The position numbers and the translations under genes are program-made. A stretch of 64,000 bases of DNA from Candidatus Izemoplasmatales bacterium (GTDB taxonomy: Bacteria; Bacillota_I; Bacilli_A; Izemoplasmatales; Hujiaoplasmataceae): NCBI GenBank assembly GCA_050949045.1, contig JBMNEZ010000001.1, positions 1,088,001 through 1,152,000 of the forward strand. Direction: 5' to 3'. Of the stretch, positions 19,427 through 30,668 are shown one piece after another (the stretch's first letter is position 1; each line of letters starts with the position of its first letter). The notes beneath the pieces are model-generated. The model ran no database searches. It was given only the letters and a program-made list of their open reading frames with translations, and was not told the origin of the DNA.

Positions 19427-19981
19427 TCACATGACCTCCTCAACAGAGAGTCCCCTGGCTTCAGCAACCTCCGTGACACTCTTCATCGAGAGCAATCCGG
19501 CCATCGTCGCCCGAACGATATTGATGGGGGATTTCGAGCCAAGCGATTTGCTGAGAACGTCCTCGACGCCGGCAAGTTCAAGCACAGCGCGGACAGGCCC
19601 GCCGGCGATGACTCCGGTACCGGCGACCGCCGGTCTCAGGAAAACCTTGGCAGCGCCATACTTGCCAAGAACGGAGTGATAGATCGTCGTCCCTTTGATC
19701 GGAATCATGACTAAATTTTTCTTGGCGTTTTCGATTGCTTTTTTGATCGCATCGGGGACCTCGCTGGCTTTGCCGGTCCCAAAACCGACTTTGCCTTTGC
19801 GATCGCCGACAACGACCAGGGCGGAAAAGCTGAAGCGTCGGCCGCCTTTGACGACCTTGGTTACACGACTAATGTTGACGACTCTCTCATCATAGAGCTT
19901 TTCTTCCCGTTTCTTCGCGCTATCGCGCGGTCTGCGTGACGGTCTTCTTTCTCTGCCGTCTCTTTCCTTATTCTCTTCCAT
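19427..19981 (-). CDS. rpsE: 30S ribosomal protein S5
   Basis: [22 protein letters not shown]. Confidence 0.97.
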   Translation of the reverse strand: MEENKERDGRERRPSRRPRDSAKKREEKLYDERVVNISRVTKVVKGGRRFSFSALVVVGDRKGKVGFGTGKASEVPDAIKKAIENAKKNLVMIPIKGTTIYHSVLGKYGAAKVFLRPAVAGTGVIAGGPVRAVLELAGVEDVLSKSLGSKSPINIVRATMAGLLSMKSVTEVAEARGLSVEEVM

Positions 19982-19997
19982 CGGATAACCTCCTTCG

Positions 19998-20354
19998 TTA
20001 AAATTCCAGCCCTGCTTCTCTAGCAGCTTCGGCCAATGCTTTGACTCGTCCGTGGTAAAGATAGCCGCCACGGTCGAATACGACTTGCTTGATGCCCTTT
20101 TCCAGAGCTTTTTTGGCGATCATCTCGCCAACTTTCTTGGCCCCTTCCTGATTGCCGCCATTTGCTTCCTTGATTTCGAGGGACGATGCGGCGACAATGG
20201 TGTTGCCGCTCAAATCGTCGATGACCTGGCAATAAATCGCCTTGTTAGAACGGAAGACGTTGAGACGAGGGCGTGACGGTGTGCCTTTGATATTGAATCT
20301 GATGCGCAGATGGCGTTTCGCCCTTTGCGCTTCTTTGTTTACGGGTTTAAACAT
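19998..20354 (-). CDS. rplR: 50S ribosomal protein L18
   Basis: [22 protein letters not shown]. Confidence 0.98.
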   Translation of the reverse strand: MFKPVNKEAQRAKRHLRIRFNIKGTPSRPRLNVFRSNKAIYCQVIDDLSGNTIVAASSLEIKEANGGNQEGAKKVGEMIAKKALEKGIKQVVFDRGGYLYHGRVKALAEAAREAGLEF

Positions 20355-20372
20355 GAATATTCACCTCTTGCC

Positions 20373-20918
20373 CTATTTCTTGGCAGTTTTCCCTTCTTTA
20401 CGACGTACATGCTCGTTTCGATACCTGATGCCCTTGCCTTGATAAGGTTCGGGTGCACGGATCTTGCGAATGTTGGCGGCGAATTCGCCGACTGCCTGTT
20501 TGTCGATGCCCCTAATCACGATTTCAACGTTTGTCGGGAGTTCGACTTCGATCCCTTCGGGGATCATTACTTCGACCGGATTGGCATAGCCGACGCTGAC
20601 GACGAGTGTTTTGCTGCCTTTTAAACTGGCGCGGTAGCCGACACCCTTGATATCAAGCATCTTGACAAAGCCTTCGGTCACGCCTTTAACCATATTGTTC
20701 AACAAAGCCCTTGTGGTTCCGTGCAAAGCACGGTGGCGGAGTTGATCAGATGGCCGGGTTACAGAAATGTGATCATCAGCGGTTTCAATTGTCATTTCAC
20801 TCTGAAAAGTAAATTCGAGTTTTCCCTTGGGGCCTTTGACGACGACATGATTGCTCTTGTCGATGGAAACATCCACACCCTTGGGAATCGCGATTGATAA
20901 CCTACCAACACGACTCAT
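20373..20918 (-). CDS. rplF: 50S ribosomal protein L6
   Basis: MSRVG, PEPYQGKGIRY. Confidence 0.98.
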   Translation of the reverse strand: MSRVGRLSIAIPKGVDVSIDKSNHVVVKGPKGKLEFTFQSEMTIETADDHISVTRPSDQLRHRALHGTTRALLNNMVKGVTEGFVKMLDIKGVGYRASLKGSKTLVVSVGYANPVEVMIPEGIEVELPTNVEIVIRGIDKQAVGEFAANIRKIRAPEPYQGKGIRYRNEHVRRKEGKTAKK

Positions 20919-20960
20919 AGTTTTCTTGCACCTCTTTTTCCATTGATTTAGTGTCCTCTC

Positions 20961-21359
20961 TTACCAAACGTAAGCGAGGACTTCGCCGCCGATTTGCTTG
21001 TTTCGCGCTTCCCTGTCGGTCATGATGCCTTGGGAAGTTGAAACAATCGCGATCCCTAGGCCGTTTAAAACTCTCGGAAGATCATCGGTTTTGGCGTATA
21101 CTCTCAGTCCGGGTTTGGAGATCTTCTTCAAACCTCTTACTGCTCTTTCTTCATTCTGCAAATACTTCAACGTGACTTTCAGGGTACCTTGAACATCGCC
21201 TTTCACCAATTGAAAGTCATTGATGTAACCCTCTTGCTTCAATACAGTCAAAATTTCGGCCTTTAGTTTTGATGCCGGAACATCGACCGTTTTCTGTTTC
21301 ATTTGGTTGGCGTTGCGGATTCTCGTGAGCATGTCCGCAACCGGATCTGTCATGACCAT
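20961..21359 (-). CDS. rpsH: 30S ribosomal protein S8
   Basis: [21 protein letters not shown]. Confidence 0.98.
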   Translation of the reverse strand: MVMTDPVADMLTRIRNANQMKQKTVDVPASKLKAEILTVLKQEGYINDFQLVKGDVQGTLKVTLKYLQNEERAVRGLKKISKPGLRVYAKTDDLPRVLNGLGIAIVSTSQGIMTDREARNKQIGGEVLAYVW

Positions 21360-21411
21360 ATCGATAAAGCCTCCTTCCTCGATATCTGGATATAAGTATT
21401 CATCATATCAA

Positions 21412-21597
21412 TTACCAACTTGCCTTTTTGACACCGGGAATCTGGCCTTTGTATGCCAGTTCGCGGAAACAGACACGGCATAGTTTGAACTTACGGTAGA
21501 CCGCATGGGGACGCCCGCAGCGTTCGCACCTGGTATAATTTCGAACGGAAAATTTCGCTCCGCGTTTCTGTCTTACTCTCATTGATGTTTTTGCCAT
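21412..21597 (-). CDS. rpsZ: 30S ribosomal protein S14 type Z
   Basis: 61 aa, [17 protein letters not shown]. Confidence 0.97.
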   Translation of the reverse strand: MAKTSMRVRQKRGAKFSVRNYTRCERCGRPHAVYRKFKLCRVCFRELAYKGQIPGVKKASW

Positions 21598-21607
21598 AAT
21601 CTGCCTC

Positions 21608-22150
21608 CTAATTCCTTCTGAAGGGCATTCCGAATTGCTTGAGCAATTCGAGAGCTTCCTGGTCCGTCTTTGCGGTCGTGACGATGACGATGTCCATGCC
21701 GCGGACCTTGTTGACTTTGTCGTAGTTGATTTCGGGGAAGATCAGCTGCTCCCTAATCCCAAGCGTGTAGTTGCCGCGTCCGTCAAAGCCTTTGGGGTTG
21801 ACGCCGCGAAAATCCCGCACGCGGGGTAGGGCGATTGTGATCAGCTTGTCAAGAAAGAAGTACATCCGTTCGCCTCTCAAGGTGACTTTGCAACCGATAG
21901 GCATGCCTTCGCGGAGTTTGAAGTTCGCGATCGATTTCTTAGCCTTGGTGACGACCGGTTTTTGACCGGTGATCTGTGTCAATTCGCTGACCGCATCGTC
22001 TAGAACCTTGGGGTTATGGATGGCGTCGCCGGCGCCGATATTGATCATGATCTTGCTGATTTTTGGACATTCCATAACAGAACGGTAATTGAATTTAGCT
22101 TTAAGGGCGGGCATGATTTCGCTGTTGTATTTTTCTTGAAGTCGATTCAT
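21608..22150 (-). CDS. rplE: 50S ribosomal protein L5
   Basis: [16 protein letters not shown]. Confidence 0.98.
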   Translation of the reverse strand: MNRLQEKYNSEIMPALKAKFNYRSVMECPKISKIMINIGAGDAIHNPKVLDDAVSELTQITGQKPVVTKAKKSIANFKLREGMPIGCKVTLRGERMYFFLDKLITIALPRVRDFRGVNPKGFDGRGNYTLGIREQLIFPEINYDKVNKVRGMDIVIVTTAKTDQEALELLKQFGMPFRRN

Positions 22151-22162
22151 CTCTGTCCCTCC

Positions 22163-22504
22163 TTAATCCAAGACTTCGCCAGATTTTTTGGCGTATCTGA
22201 CTTTGACATTCTCGTCTTGTTTCTTGACTTTCTTAGTAATGGTCTTGTAACCGACACGTGTCGGTTTCTTGACTTTCTGATCCATAAGCATCACGTTCGA
22301 CACATGGATCGGCCTTTCGATGTCCATGATGCCGCCATCCGGATTGATCTGTGACGGTTTCATGTGTTTCTTGACTTTGCCGAGACCTTCGCCATCGAGG
22401 ATCACGCGTTCGGATTTTGTCAGGATTTTGCTGATGGTGCCTTGTTTGCCTTTATCTTGACCGGCAATGATCAGAACTTTATCGCCTTTTCTTAGTTTCA
22501 TCAT
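22163..22504 (-). CDS. rplX: 50S ribosomal protein L24
   Basis: [17 protein letters not shown] motif, PIHVSNV. Confidence 0.96.
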   Translation of the reverse strand: MMKLRKGDKVLIIAGQDKGKQGTISKILTKSERVILDGEGLGKVKKHMKPSQINPDGGIMDIERPIHVSNVMLMDQKVKKPTRVGYKTITKKVKKQDENVKVRYAKKSGEVLD

Positions 22505-22513
22505 TGATACCTC

Positions 22514-22882
22514 CTACAAAACTTCCGGTGCCAAAGACACGATTTTCATGAATTCGGCGTCACGGAGTTCGCGGGCGACCGGACCAAAGATGCGAGTACC
22601 TCTCGGACTCTTGTCTTCCTTGATAATGACGGCTGCGTTGTCGTCAAATTTGATATGGCTGCCATCAGAACGGCTCAAACCCCTCTTGGTGCGGACGATA
22701 ACCGCCTTGACGATTTCGCCTTTTTTGACAAGTCCGCCAGGAGTGGCAGCTTTAACCGTAGCGACGATAATGTCGCCGATGTTCGCGTATTTGCGGCTGG
22801 TTCCGCCCAGTACTTTGATGGTCAGAATCTCGCGGGCGCCGGAGTTGTCGGCTATTCTCAGCCTTGTTTCTTGTTGTATCAT
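22514..22882 (-). CDS. rplN: 50S ribosomal protein L14
   Basis: [22 protein letters not shown]. Confidence 0.98.
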   Translation of the reverse strand: MIQQETRLRIADNSGAREILTIKVLGGTSRKYANIGDIIVATVKAATPGGLVKKGEIVKAVIVRTKRGLSRSDGSHIKFDDNAAVIIKEDKSPRGTRIFGPVARELRDAEFMKIVSLAPEVL

Positions 22883-22902
22883 ATCAATCTCCTCCAATCC
22901 CG

Positions 22903-23169
22903 CTACAAAATCACGCTTTTTTCGATGATCTCGATCAAGCGGAACTTCTTGGTGCGCGACAAGGGGCGGCATTCGATGATTTTGACGGTATCGCCGGTCT
23001 TGGCCTCGTTCTTTTCATCGTGCGCAGTGAATTTTTTTGAGGAAATAACACGCTTTTTGTACAAAGGGTGTGTTTTATATGTCGTAACCAAGACGGTAAT
23101 CGTCTTGTCGTTTTTATCCGATACGACCTTGCCGACGAATGTGCGTCGGGTTTTCTCTCTTTCCATCAT
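22903..23169 (-). CDS. rpsQ: 30S ribosomal protein S17
   Basis: [22 protein letters not shown]. Confidence 0.97.
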   Translation of the reverse strand: MMEREKTRRTFVGKVVSDKNDKTITVLVTTYKTHPLYKKRVISSKKFTAHDEKNEAKTGDTVKIIECRPLSRTKKFRLIEIIEKSVIL

Positions 23170-23175
23170 GTCCTC

Positions 23176-23370
23176 CTACTTGCTTGCTCGCTCGGACAAT
23201 ATCGTTTTCATCCGGGCAATTGTTTTTCTGACCGTGCTGAGACGCGCGGTGTTCTCAAGTTGCCCTGTCGCGTGTTTGAACCTGAGGTCGAACATTTCTT
23301 TTTTTAGATTTTCGATTTCTTTCAAAATGGCGGCATTGTCCATTTCTCTGATTTCCTTGACATGCGTCAT
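23176..23370 (-). CDS. rpmC: 50S ribosomal protein L29
   Basis: [23 protein letters not shown]. Confidence 0.96.
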   Translation of the reverse strand: MTHVKEIREMDNAAILKEIENLKKEMFDLRFKHATGQLENTARLSTVRKTIARMKTILSERASK

Positions 23371-23789
23371 CTTAAATCACCAATTTCTTTCTTGATGAAT
23401 TTAGTCTTGATCGGCAGTTTTGACGAGGCCAAGCGCAAAGCTTCCTTTGCGACATCCTCGCTAACCCCGTCGATCTCAAACATAATCAAGCCGGCTTTGA
23501 CAACCGCTACCCATTCTTCGGGAGCGCCTTTTCCGGACCCCATGCGGACTTCAAGCGGTTTCTTGGTTTTCGCGAGATGGGGGAAGATCTTGATCCAAAC
23601 TTTGCCGGCGCGCTTCATGAAGCGCGTCATCGCAATTCGGCTCGCCTCGATTTGACGGGCGGTGATCCAGGCGCCCTCGAGCGCCATTAGTCCGTAAGAA
23701 CCGAAGTCGATGTTGGTGCCGCCTTTCGCCAAGCCTTTATAGCTAATGCGATGGGGGCGACGGTATTTGGTTCTTTTTGGCATTAACAT
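23367..23789 (-). CDS. rplP: 50S ribosomal protein L16
   Basis: [17 protein letters not shown]. Confidence 0.98.
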   Translation of the reverse strand: MLMPKRTKYRRPHRISYKGLAKGGTNIDFGSYGLMALEGAWITARQIEASRIAMTRFMKRAGKVWIKIFPHLAKTKKPLEVRMGSGKGAPEEWVAVVKAGLIMFEIDGVSEDVAKEALRLASSKLPIKTKFIKKEIGDLR

Positions 23790-23790
23790 T

Positions 23791-24438
23791 TTACTTTGCC
23801 TCCTTCTTCGAAGGCAGAATTTCTCCCTTGTAGATCCAGACTTTGACGCCGAGCTTGCCATAAGTGGTATTCGCTTCGGCCAAGGCATAGTCGATGTCTG
23901 CCCTTAGGGTATGCAAAGGAACATTGCCTTCGCTATAGCCCTCGCTTCTGGCGATCTCGGCACCAGCCAAGCGTCCGGATACTAGGGTGCGGCAACCTTT
24001 GGCTCCCGCCTTTAGGGCACGTTGGATCGCAACTTTTTGGACTCTTCTGAACGAAGCGCGGCTTTCGAGCTGTTTCGCAATGCTTTCAGCGACGAGCTTG
24101 GCATCAAGCTCGGGACGTTTGATATCAACGACATTCAGGAAAACTTCCTTGTTCGTCAATTGTTTCAACTTGAGAACAACGGCGTTTTTGGTTTCGCCGT
24201 TTCTGCCGATGACCATACCGGGTTTAGCAGTGTTGACGGTGATGATCACCCGTGATTTTGAACGCTCGATCTCAATTTTGGAAATACTCGCATTTTTGTA
24301 GAGATCGTTTAACAAGTCACGGATTTTAAGATCTTCTTGAAGTAGGTCCGCAACATCCCGTTTTTCGGCATACCAGCGTGACTCCCAGTTGAGGATGATG
24401 CCGATACGTTGTCCGATCGGGCTGACTTTCTGTCCCAT
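23791..24438 (-). CDS. rpsC: 30S ribosomal protein S3
   Basis: [18 protein letters not shown]. Confidence 0.98.
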   Translation of the reverse strand: MGQKVSPIGQRIGIILNWESRWYAEKRDVADLLQEDLKIRDLLNDLYKNASISKIEIERSKSRVIITVNTAKPGMVIGRNGETKNAVVLKLKQLTNKEVFLNVVDIKRPELDAKLVAESIAKQLESRASFRRVQKVAIQRALKAGAKGCRTLVSGRLAGAEIARSEGYSEGNVPLHTLRADIDYALAEANTTYGKLGVKVWIYKGEILPSKKEAK

Positions 24439-24449
24439 AAAATCCCTCC

Positions 24450-24785
24450 TTATTCTTTCTCCGCCACGGTGATGTAGATGTGGCTGGTGCGTTTCAAAAT
24501 GGAAAATCCGCGTCCTTGCGAGCGTGGTTGCATCCTTTTCAGGGTCTTACCCTCGCCGACATAGATTTCTTTGACAAACAGTTTGTTTTGTTCCAGTTGA
24601 TAGTTGTGTTCCGCGTTGGCAACTGCTGATTTCAAGAGTTTTTCAACCGGCTTGGAAGCGGCTTTGGGAGTGTTTCTGAGAATCGCGAACGCTTCGCCGA
24701 CACTCTTGCCTCTGATGAGGTCGACGACGAGTCTGACTTTACGGGCGGCGATGCGGATCATTCTAATGTTGGCTTTTGCTTCCAT
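24450..24785 (-). CDS. rplV: 50S ribosomal protein L22
   Basis: [21 protein letters not shown]. Confidence 0.98.
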   Translation of the reverse strand: MEAKANIRMIRIAARKVRLVVDLIRGKSVGEAFAILRNTPKAASKPVEKLLKSAVANAEHNYQLEQNKLFVKEIYVGEGKTLKRMQPRSQGRGFSILKRTSHIYITVAEKE

Positions 24786-24786
24786 T

Positions 24787-25074
24787 TTACTTCTTCACCG
24801 CTTTCTTCACGACTTTCTTGTCGGCGTGGCCACGGAAGGTTCTGGTGGGAGAGAACTCGCCCAATTTGTGCCCGACCATATCCTCGGTGATATACACGGG
24901 AACATGCTCTTTTCCGTTATGGACGCCAATCGTGAGACCGACGAACTCCGGAAAAATCGTCGAACGTCTTGACCATGTCTGGATGACCTTCTTAGAACTT
25001 GACTTGTTGGCTTCGATAACTTTCTTAAGCAAATGGTCGTCGCAAAACGGGCCTTTCTTGACTGAACGTGACAT
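24787..25074 (-). CDS. rpsS: 30S ribosomal protein S19
   Basis: [19 protein letters not shown]. Confidence 0.98.
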   Translation of the reverse strand: MSRSVKKGPFCDDHLLKKVIEANKSSSKKVIQTWSRRSTIFPEFVGLTIGVHNGKEHVPVYITEDMVGHKLGEFSPTRTFRGHADKKVVKKAVKK

Positions 25075-25092
25075 TTATGAGTTCCTCCTTTC

Positions 25093-25923
25093 CTACTTGT
25101 TCCGGCGTCTGACAATCAGATTGTCGCTGGCTTTTTTGCTTTTTCTTGTGAGTTTGCCAAGGGCTTTCTTACCCCACGGAGTTAGTGGTGAGGGATGGCC
25201 GATCGGCTGTTTGCCCTCGCCGCCACCGTGCGGATGATCGACCGGGTTCATGGCAGAGCCACGGACAGTTGGTCTGATGCCCATATGGCGTTTGCGTCCG
25301 GCTTTACCGATCTTGACAAGTTCAAAGAATTCGTTGCCGACTTCGCCGATAGTAGCGCGGCAAGCTCCAAGAATTCGTCTGACTTCCCCTGATTTGAGAC
25401 GAACGAGAACATATTTCTCCTCACGGCCAAGAATCTGGGCGCTGGTTCCGGCGGCGCGGATCAATTGGCCGCCCCTGCCGGGATAGAGTTCGATATTGTG
25501 GATGAAAGTGCCGACGGGAATGTTTTTGATCGCCATCGCATTGCCGACGACGATGTCGGGGTTTTCCCCAGAAAGAACCGTCATTCCGACTTGAAGCCCC
25601 TTGGGGGCCAGGATATAACGCTTCTCGCCGTCAAGGTAGTTGATGAGGGCGATATTGGCGCTCCTGTTAGGATCGTATTCGATCGCGGCGACTTTTCCGA
25701 TGATGCCGTCCTTATTGCGCTTGAAGTCGATGATCCGGTATTGGCGTTTCACCCGGCCGGCTTGATGCCGGACTGTGATCTTGCCCTGATTGTTGCGGCC
25801 GGAACTTTTCTTCGCAATCTCTGTCAGGCTTTTTTCCGGTTTGGTTTTCGTGATCTCCGCATAATCCAATTTGGTCATTCCGCGAAGACCGTTGGTACGT
25901 GGTTTGTATTTGATGATGGCCAT
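25093..25923 (-). CDS. rplB: 50S ribosomal protein L2
   Basis: [23 protein letters not shown]. Confidence 0.98.
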   Translation of the reverse strand: MAIIKYKPRTNGLRGMTKLDYAEITKTKPEKSLTEIAKKSSGRNNQGKITVRHQAGRVKRQYRIIDFKRNKDGIIGKVAAIEYDPNRSANIALINYLDGEKRYILAPKGLQVGMTVLSGENPDIVVGNAMAIKNIPVGTFIHNIELYPGRGGQLIRAAGTSAQILGREEKYVLVRLKSGEVRRILGACRATIGEVGNEFFELVKIGKAGRKRHMGIRPTVRGSAMNPVDHPHGGGEGKQPIGHPSPLTPWGKKALGKLTRKSKKASDNLIVRRRNK

Positions 25924-25940
25924 TAGTTCTATCCTCCAGT

Positions 25941-26228
25941 CTATGCGGTGTAAATGTCGATCTTATAGCCTTCCGCGAGCGTGACAACCGCCTTGCTTAC
26001 GGCCGGTTTGAAACCTGAGTATTTTCCCACGCGTTTCGCTTTCGGGATGCCATTGATGACATTCACGTCAAGGACTTTCACCTTGAATATTTCTTCAATC
26101 GCTTCCTTGATCTGGATCTTGTTGGCATTTTTGTCGACTTCGAACGTGTACTTGCGCATCTCGGCAAGTTTGGTCGATTTTTCGGAAACGATCGGCGCTT
26201 TGATAATCTGATATTTGTCCATAATCAA
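25941..26228 (-). CDS. rplW: 50S ribosomal protein L23
   Basis: [18 protein letters not shown]; start may be 26222. Confidence 0.96.
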   Translation of the reverse strand: MIMDKYQIIKAPIVSEKSTKLAEMRKYTFEVDKNANKIQIKEAIEEIFKVKVLDVNVINGIPKAKRVGKYSGFKPAVSKAVVTLAEGYKIDIYTA

Positions 26229-26848
26229 CTCAGTGCCTCCTCGATCTTTTTGACTGCGGCTTGGGTCGCAATAACACTGTTTGCGTTCATCACGTCAAAG
26301 ACGCTGATGTGTTCCGCCCTCACAGTCGTGACATTTGGAAGGTTCCTTGAAGCAATGTCGAGTGTTTCGTTTTCAGCCTCGACGACAATCATGATCTTGT
26401 TTTTCTGTTTGAGGTTGACGAGAATCTCCTTGATTCCCTTCGTTTTGTGTGATTCGAGTTTGAACTCGTCAATGACAAGCATACTATCCTCACGGATCTT
26501 GTCGGACAGGACAATCTTGAGTGCCAAACGGCGGATTTTCTTGTTCACTTTGTAATCATAGTCTCTTGGCGCTGGTCCAAAGGCGTTGCCCCCGCCGGTG
26601 AATTGCGGCGCGTTGACTGTGCCTTGACGGGCATGGCCTGTGCCTTTTTGCCGGTAGGGTTTCCTACCGCCGCCGGATACTTCCGAACGGCTTTTGGTCT
26701 TAGCCGTCCCTTGACGCATCGAAGCTCTTTGAGCCTTGACGACATCATAGATGACTTGCTGGTTCATTGGTGCTGCGAAGACGGAATCGGCGAGCTTAAT
26801 TTCTCCGATTGTTTCGCCTAGTTGGTTGTAAAGTGGTAGTTTAGGCAT
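26225..26848 (-). CDS. rplD: 50S ribosomal protein L4
   Basis: GGGRKPYRQKGTGHARQG. Confidence 0.98.
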   Translation of the reverse strand: MPKLPLYNQLGETIGEIKLADSVFAAPMNQQVIYDVVKAQRASMRQGTAKTKSRSEVSGGGRKPYRQKGTGHARQGTVNAPQFTGGGNAFGPAPRDYDYKVNKKIRRLALKIVLSDKIREDSMLVIDEFKLESHKTKGIKEILVNLKQKNKIMIVVEAENETLDIASRNLPNVTTVRAEHISVFDVMNANSVIATQAAVKKIEEALS

Positions 26849-26876
26849 TCTGTTCTCCTCCTTTCAGCGATTGTCC

Positions 26877-27509
26877 TTATTTGGACTTCTTGACTGCGTT
26901 CTTGACGACGACGAGTGATTTGTTCGCGCCGGGAACGTTTCCCTTGACGAGCAAGATATTGTTGTCGGCGTCGGAGCGAACGACGACGAGATTCTGGATC
27001 GTCACGGTTTTGTGCCCCATCCGTCCGGGCATTTTTCTGCCTTTGAAGATGCGGCCTGGGTCGATCGAGCCCAACGAGCCGACCCCACGATGATATTTTG
27101 AACCGTGAGCCATCCGGCCGGTTCTGAAATGGTAACGCTTGATGACGCCTTGAAAGCCTTTGCCTTTAGAAGTTCCTGTAATATCTACATAATCACCGGC
27201 GTCAAATATATCGCATTTGACCTCCTGGCCGACTTCGTATTCCATCATGCCGGAAAGACGAAGTTCTTTTACGTAGCGCTTAGGCGCCACACCCGCTTTG
27301 GCGAAATGTCCGGTTTCGGGTTTGTTGACTAGGGTTGCCCTCTTGTCCATGAACCCGAGTTGAACGGCTTCGTAACCATCGGATGCGACATTTTTCTTCT
27401 GCAGGACGACGTTCGGAGTGACTTCAATAACCGTAACAGGAACGAGTTTGCCGTTTTCGTCAAAAATCTGCGTCATGCCGATTTTTCTTCCTAAGATACC
27501 TTTTGCCAT
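26877..27509 (-). CDS. rplC: 50S ribosomal protein L3
   Basis: [18 protein letters not shown]. Confidence 0.98.
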   Translation of the reverse strand: MAKGILGRKIGMTQIFDENGKLVPVTVIEVTPNVVLQKKNVASDGYEAVQLGFMDKRATLVNKPETGHFAKAGVAPKRYVKELRLSGMMEYEVGQEVKCDIFDAGDYVDITGTSKGKGFQGVIKRYHFRTGRMAHGSKYHRGVGSLGSIDPGRIFKGRKMPGRMGHKTVTIQNLVVVRSDADNNILLVKGNVPGANKSLVVVKNAVKKSK

Positions 27510-27534
27510 GAGTACACCTCCTATTTGATTTCTC

Positions 27535-27843
27535 TTACTTCAAAACGATGTCGACGCCGCTGGGAAGATCCAGATGCATCAACGAGTCGATCGTTTTTGC
27601 AGATGGATTGACGATGTCGATTAGACGCTTGTGTGTGCGTCTTTCAAACTGTTCCCGCGAGTCCTTGTTGACATGCGGACTTCTGAGAATGGTGAAGATC
27701 TCCTTTTCAGTGGGCAGAGGAATCGGGCCCGAAACAGTGGCTCCGGTCTTCTTCGCCGTGTCGACGATCTTCTTCGCTGATTGATCCAACAATCTGTGAT
27801 CGTAGGACTTGAGTCTGATTCTGATTACTTGGTTTGTTGCCAT
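27535..27843 (-). CDS. rpsJ: 30S ribosomal protein S10
   Basis: [22 protein letters not shown]. Confidence 0.98.
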   Translation of the reverse strand: MATNQVIRIRLKSYDHRLLDQSAKKIVDTAKKTGATVSGPIPLPTEKEIFTILRSPHVNKDSREQFERRTHKRLIDIVNPSAKTIDSLMHLDLPSGVDIVLK

Positions 27844-27854
27844 TTTTGCTCCTC

Positions 27855-27982
27855 CTATGCATATAATTAGCTTATATACGGGCTCGTTGTAAATTACCTG
27901 ACCTCCGACATAGCGTCATGACAACGCCTATGTGTGTGTCAGCAACCTTACAAGTCATTGCCTTCCTGTATTTTTCACAGGC
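27855..27982 (-). promoter_or_regulatory. Structured S10-operon 5' leader
   Basis: Contains AGGTTGCTGACACAC...GCGTTGTCATGACGC, resembling the Bacilli rpsJ leader as I recall it; lies between promoter and RBS. Confidence 0.6.
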
Positions 27983-27989
27983 CTTGTCT

Positions 27990-28018
27990 ATGATAGCAAA
28001 TCAAAGAAAAAAATGCAA
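27990..28018 (-). promoter_or_regulatory. Sigma-A promoter of S10 operon
   Basis: TTGCAT-17 nt-TATCAT with TG extension. Confidence 0.7.
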
Positions 28019-28112
28019 GTTCTTTTTTCTGGGAAACCGCATTTTCTTTAGTATACATATATATTAAAATTGGATGCACATAAAAAGCAACGAATTTAAA
28101 GACAGATAACCA

Positions 28113-30465
28113 TTAACTATCGATTATGTCTGGCTTCTTGTTCCAAAAGTAATCAATATGATTTTTGAGATCCGAAAGATCCTTTATGATCCGCATATGA
28201 CTCCATTCGCGGGGATAGAGACGAAGGTATTTGGGTGAGGCGAAGCGATCATCGACAAGAACGGCGATGCCTCTGTCAGTCTCGGTTCTGATCACTCTTC
28301 CGACTGCTTGAATGACCTTGTTCAAGCCTGGATAAGTATATGCATAATCAAAACCCTGGTGAAACTTTTCGTCAAAATGGGAACGGAGTATGTTGTTGAA
28401 GGGTGAAAGTGCTGGCAGACCGACGCCGACGATCAGGACCCCAGAGAGCATATCGCCGATCAAATCGATCGACTCGGCGAAAACGCCGCCCATGACGAAC
28501 AGACCGACCTGGGTTTTTGTTGATTCGGTTTTAAACATCATGATCGTTTCACTCCGGTCTTGCCTGCTCATCTCTCGGGTCTGCCGGATGATCTCGACAT
28601 CGCCTTTAAAACTGAGTTTGGCTTCGACAAGTTTGAGATACTCGTAAGAAGGGAAGAACATGATGTAGTTTCCTTTTTTTCCTTCGATCATGATTCTGGC
28701 AATCTCAGCGATCTCCTCAAGAGAGTCTTTGCGGTCTTGGTAACGGGTTGAGATCGTATCAACCGTCAAAAGCAAGAGATTCTCCTGACGGAACGGGGAG
28801 ACCATTTTCACGCTTTGGCCTTCATTCTTGGTTAACAATGTTTGATAATACTCGCTTGGATCGAGAGTGGCGCTGAAGAAGACAGTCGCCAAGGCAGTTT
28901 CTTTAATTGAAGATAAAATGAAGCCGCTGGCATCAAGGCACTTGATCGAGGCTCTGATATTCTTATCGACACGTTCAAGCAAGAAAACAAAATCATCATT
29001 ATAAAATTCACTCGCCTTGACAAACTGGTTGAGAATAAAATAACCTTCCATGATTTTGCTGCGATTAGGAATCTTCCGATCGCTCGTCAATACCTGGTCC
29101 AGTTTAACAAGGAGACGTTTTGTAAGTTGGACAAGGTAACTGTTCGGCTCTTCGTATTTGATGAAATCGACATTGAGAAGTTCGAGATCAAATTCCTCGA
29201 AGAGATCGAGAAGTCTAGCGATCTCGCGCTTGGGGCTCGGTTTCAACGCCTTTGTCAATTCTAAAAGCGAACTGATTTTCTCCTGATCGAGCGAAGCGCT
29301 GTACATTTCCCGCCCGCGGGCAACCAGATTGTGAGCCTCATCGACGAGCAAGATCGGCTCTGCGATCTTCTCTTCGAAGTAACGGATCAAGCGGACCCGC
29401 GGATCGAAAGCATAATTGTAGTCACCGATCAGGATGTCGCAGTAGTTGGATAGATCAAGGGAGAACTCAAATGGACAGACGCGGTGTTTGATGGCATACT
29501 CGCGGATCACTTTGCGGCTTAGAAGGCTTTCACTTTCAAAGATGTCCCTGATAGCCTTGTAAATGCGTTTGTAATAACCTTTGGCATATTTACAGACATC
29601 GGGATCGCAGTCTCTCTCCTTTAAAAGACAACTGTGATCTTTGGCTGTAATCTCGCATGTCTTTGCGATCAGTCCTTTTTCCTCCAACAATGAGATCGTG
29701 TCAATCGCTATTTGTTTGCCATCGTTTTTAGCTGTGAGGTAAAAGACTTTTTCCTTGGGGGACTTGATTTGCCTTTAAAGCTGCGAAAAGCGTCGCGGAC
29801 GTCTTGCCGATGCCGGTGGGGGCTTGAATATAGAGAATGCCTTTCTCAAGGATGTTGCGATAAACATGGGCCATCATTTCCCGTTGGTTGAGCCGGTATT
29901 CAGGAAAAGGGAACACTAATCCTTCAATCGATTTTTGCCTTGAAGACTCGTGCTCGGCGATCTTTTTGATCCATTCGATATATTTGGCTATCGTATTCGC
30001 AAAATAGTTCTCCAATACTTTTGCCGAGTAGTTCTTCTCAAATTGCCAAACATCCTTGGTTTCAACATGAATGTAAGTAAGAACGACTGTCAGCCGTTTG
30101 AGTTTGTTCCACGCAACATACATATGTGCATAAAGTTTTGCCTGTGCAAGATGGGCGGGAAAGGTTTTTTCATCAATCAGTTCAAGATCCATATGCGTGG
30201 ATTTGATTTCCTCGAGCATCAATTCGCCGTCTCTTTGGATGATACCATCAACTCTGCCGGTGACCTCCAGCAAAAAACCGTCATGTTCAACGACTTGGGA
30301 AAGGGACACTTCTCTAAGATCGGTATCCTGATATTTGCCCTGCCAGTATTTGTGGATCATCTGGCCTTCTTCAGCCCGAAGGTTAAGCATGCTTTCGGAG
30401 GTTATGTTGCCAGAGCCAAACAATAATTCGGCGATTTCTTTGGCGCTTGTTCTCAATTCTTTCAT
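28113..30465 (-). pseudogene. PD-(D/E)XK nuclease + DinG/XPD Fe-S helicase, split by one frameshift near 29757-29770
   Basis: 5' ORF has GRVDG..EEIKS..QAKLY and APTGIGKT; the shifted frame continues KEKVFYLTAK into the 3' ORF with 4 Cys, DEAHN, SATL, QAVGRVIR; may be an assembly indel. Confidence 0.8.
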
Positions 30466-30577
30466 TTTTTCACCATTTTTATTATACAATACCAAGAGCC
30501 GTTTCCGGCAGCACAGAAATCCTTTATGAGTGCATTGCCAATGCCTGATTGCTAAGCACGGCTTGTCATTTGTAGGG

Positions 30578-30603
30578 AAAACCGCACCCGAACGTGCGGT
30601 TTT
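30578..30603. terminator. Intrinsic terminator after Fe-ADH
   Basis: aaaaccgcac-ccgaac-gtgcggtttt. Confidence 0.75.
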
Positions 30604-30668
30604 GATCGTATCAGACTATATTATATTCTTCATATGCAGAATTACAGGCTATTATCGTATGTAACAGT

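Noticed and set aside
13678..27784. Many long plus-strand ORFs (e.g. 15160-15753, 22655-23395) across the ribosomal cluster
   Set aside because: Antisense shadows of highly biased genes; no recognisable motifs or RBS
29728..30465. Cas4-like nuclease and DinG as a possible type IV CRISPR locus
   Set aside because: No repeat-spacer array or other cas genes; the two parts are one frameshifted housekeeping-type gene
30497..30563. Nested inverted repeats (agccgt/acggct; ggca-gcac/gtgc-tgcc) upstream of the helicase
   Set aside because: Short stems, overlap the probable promoter region, and match no RNA family I recognise
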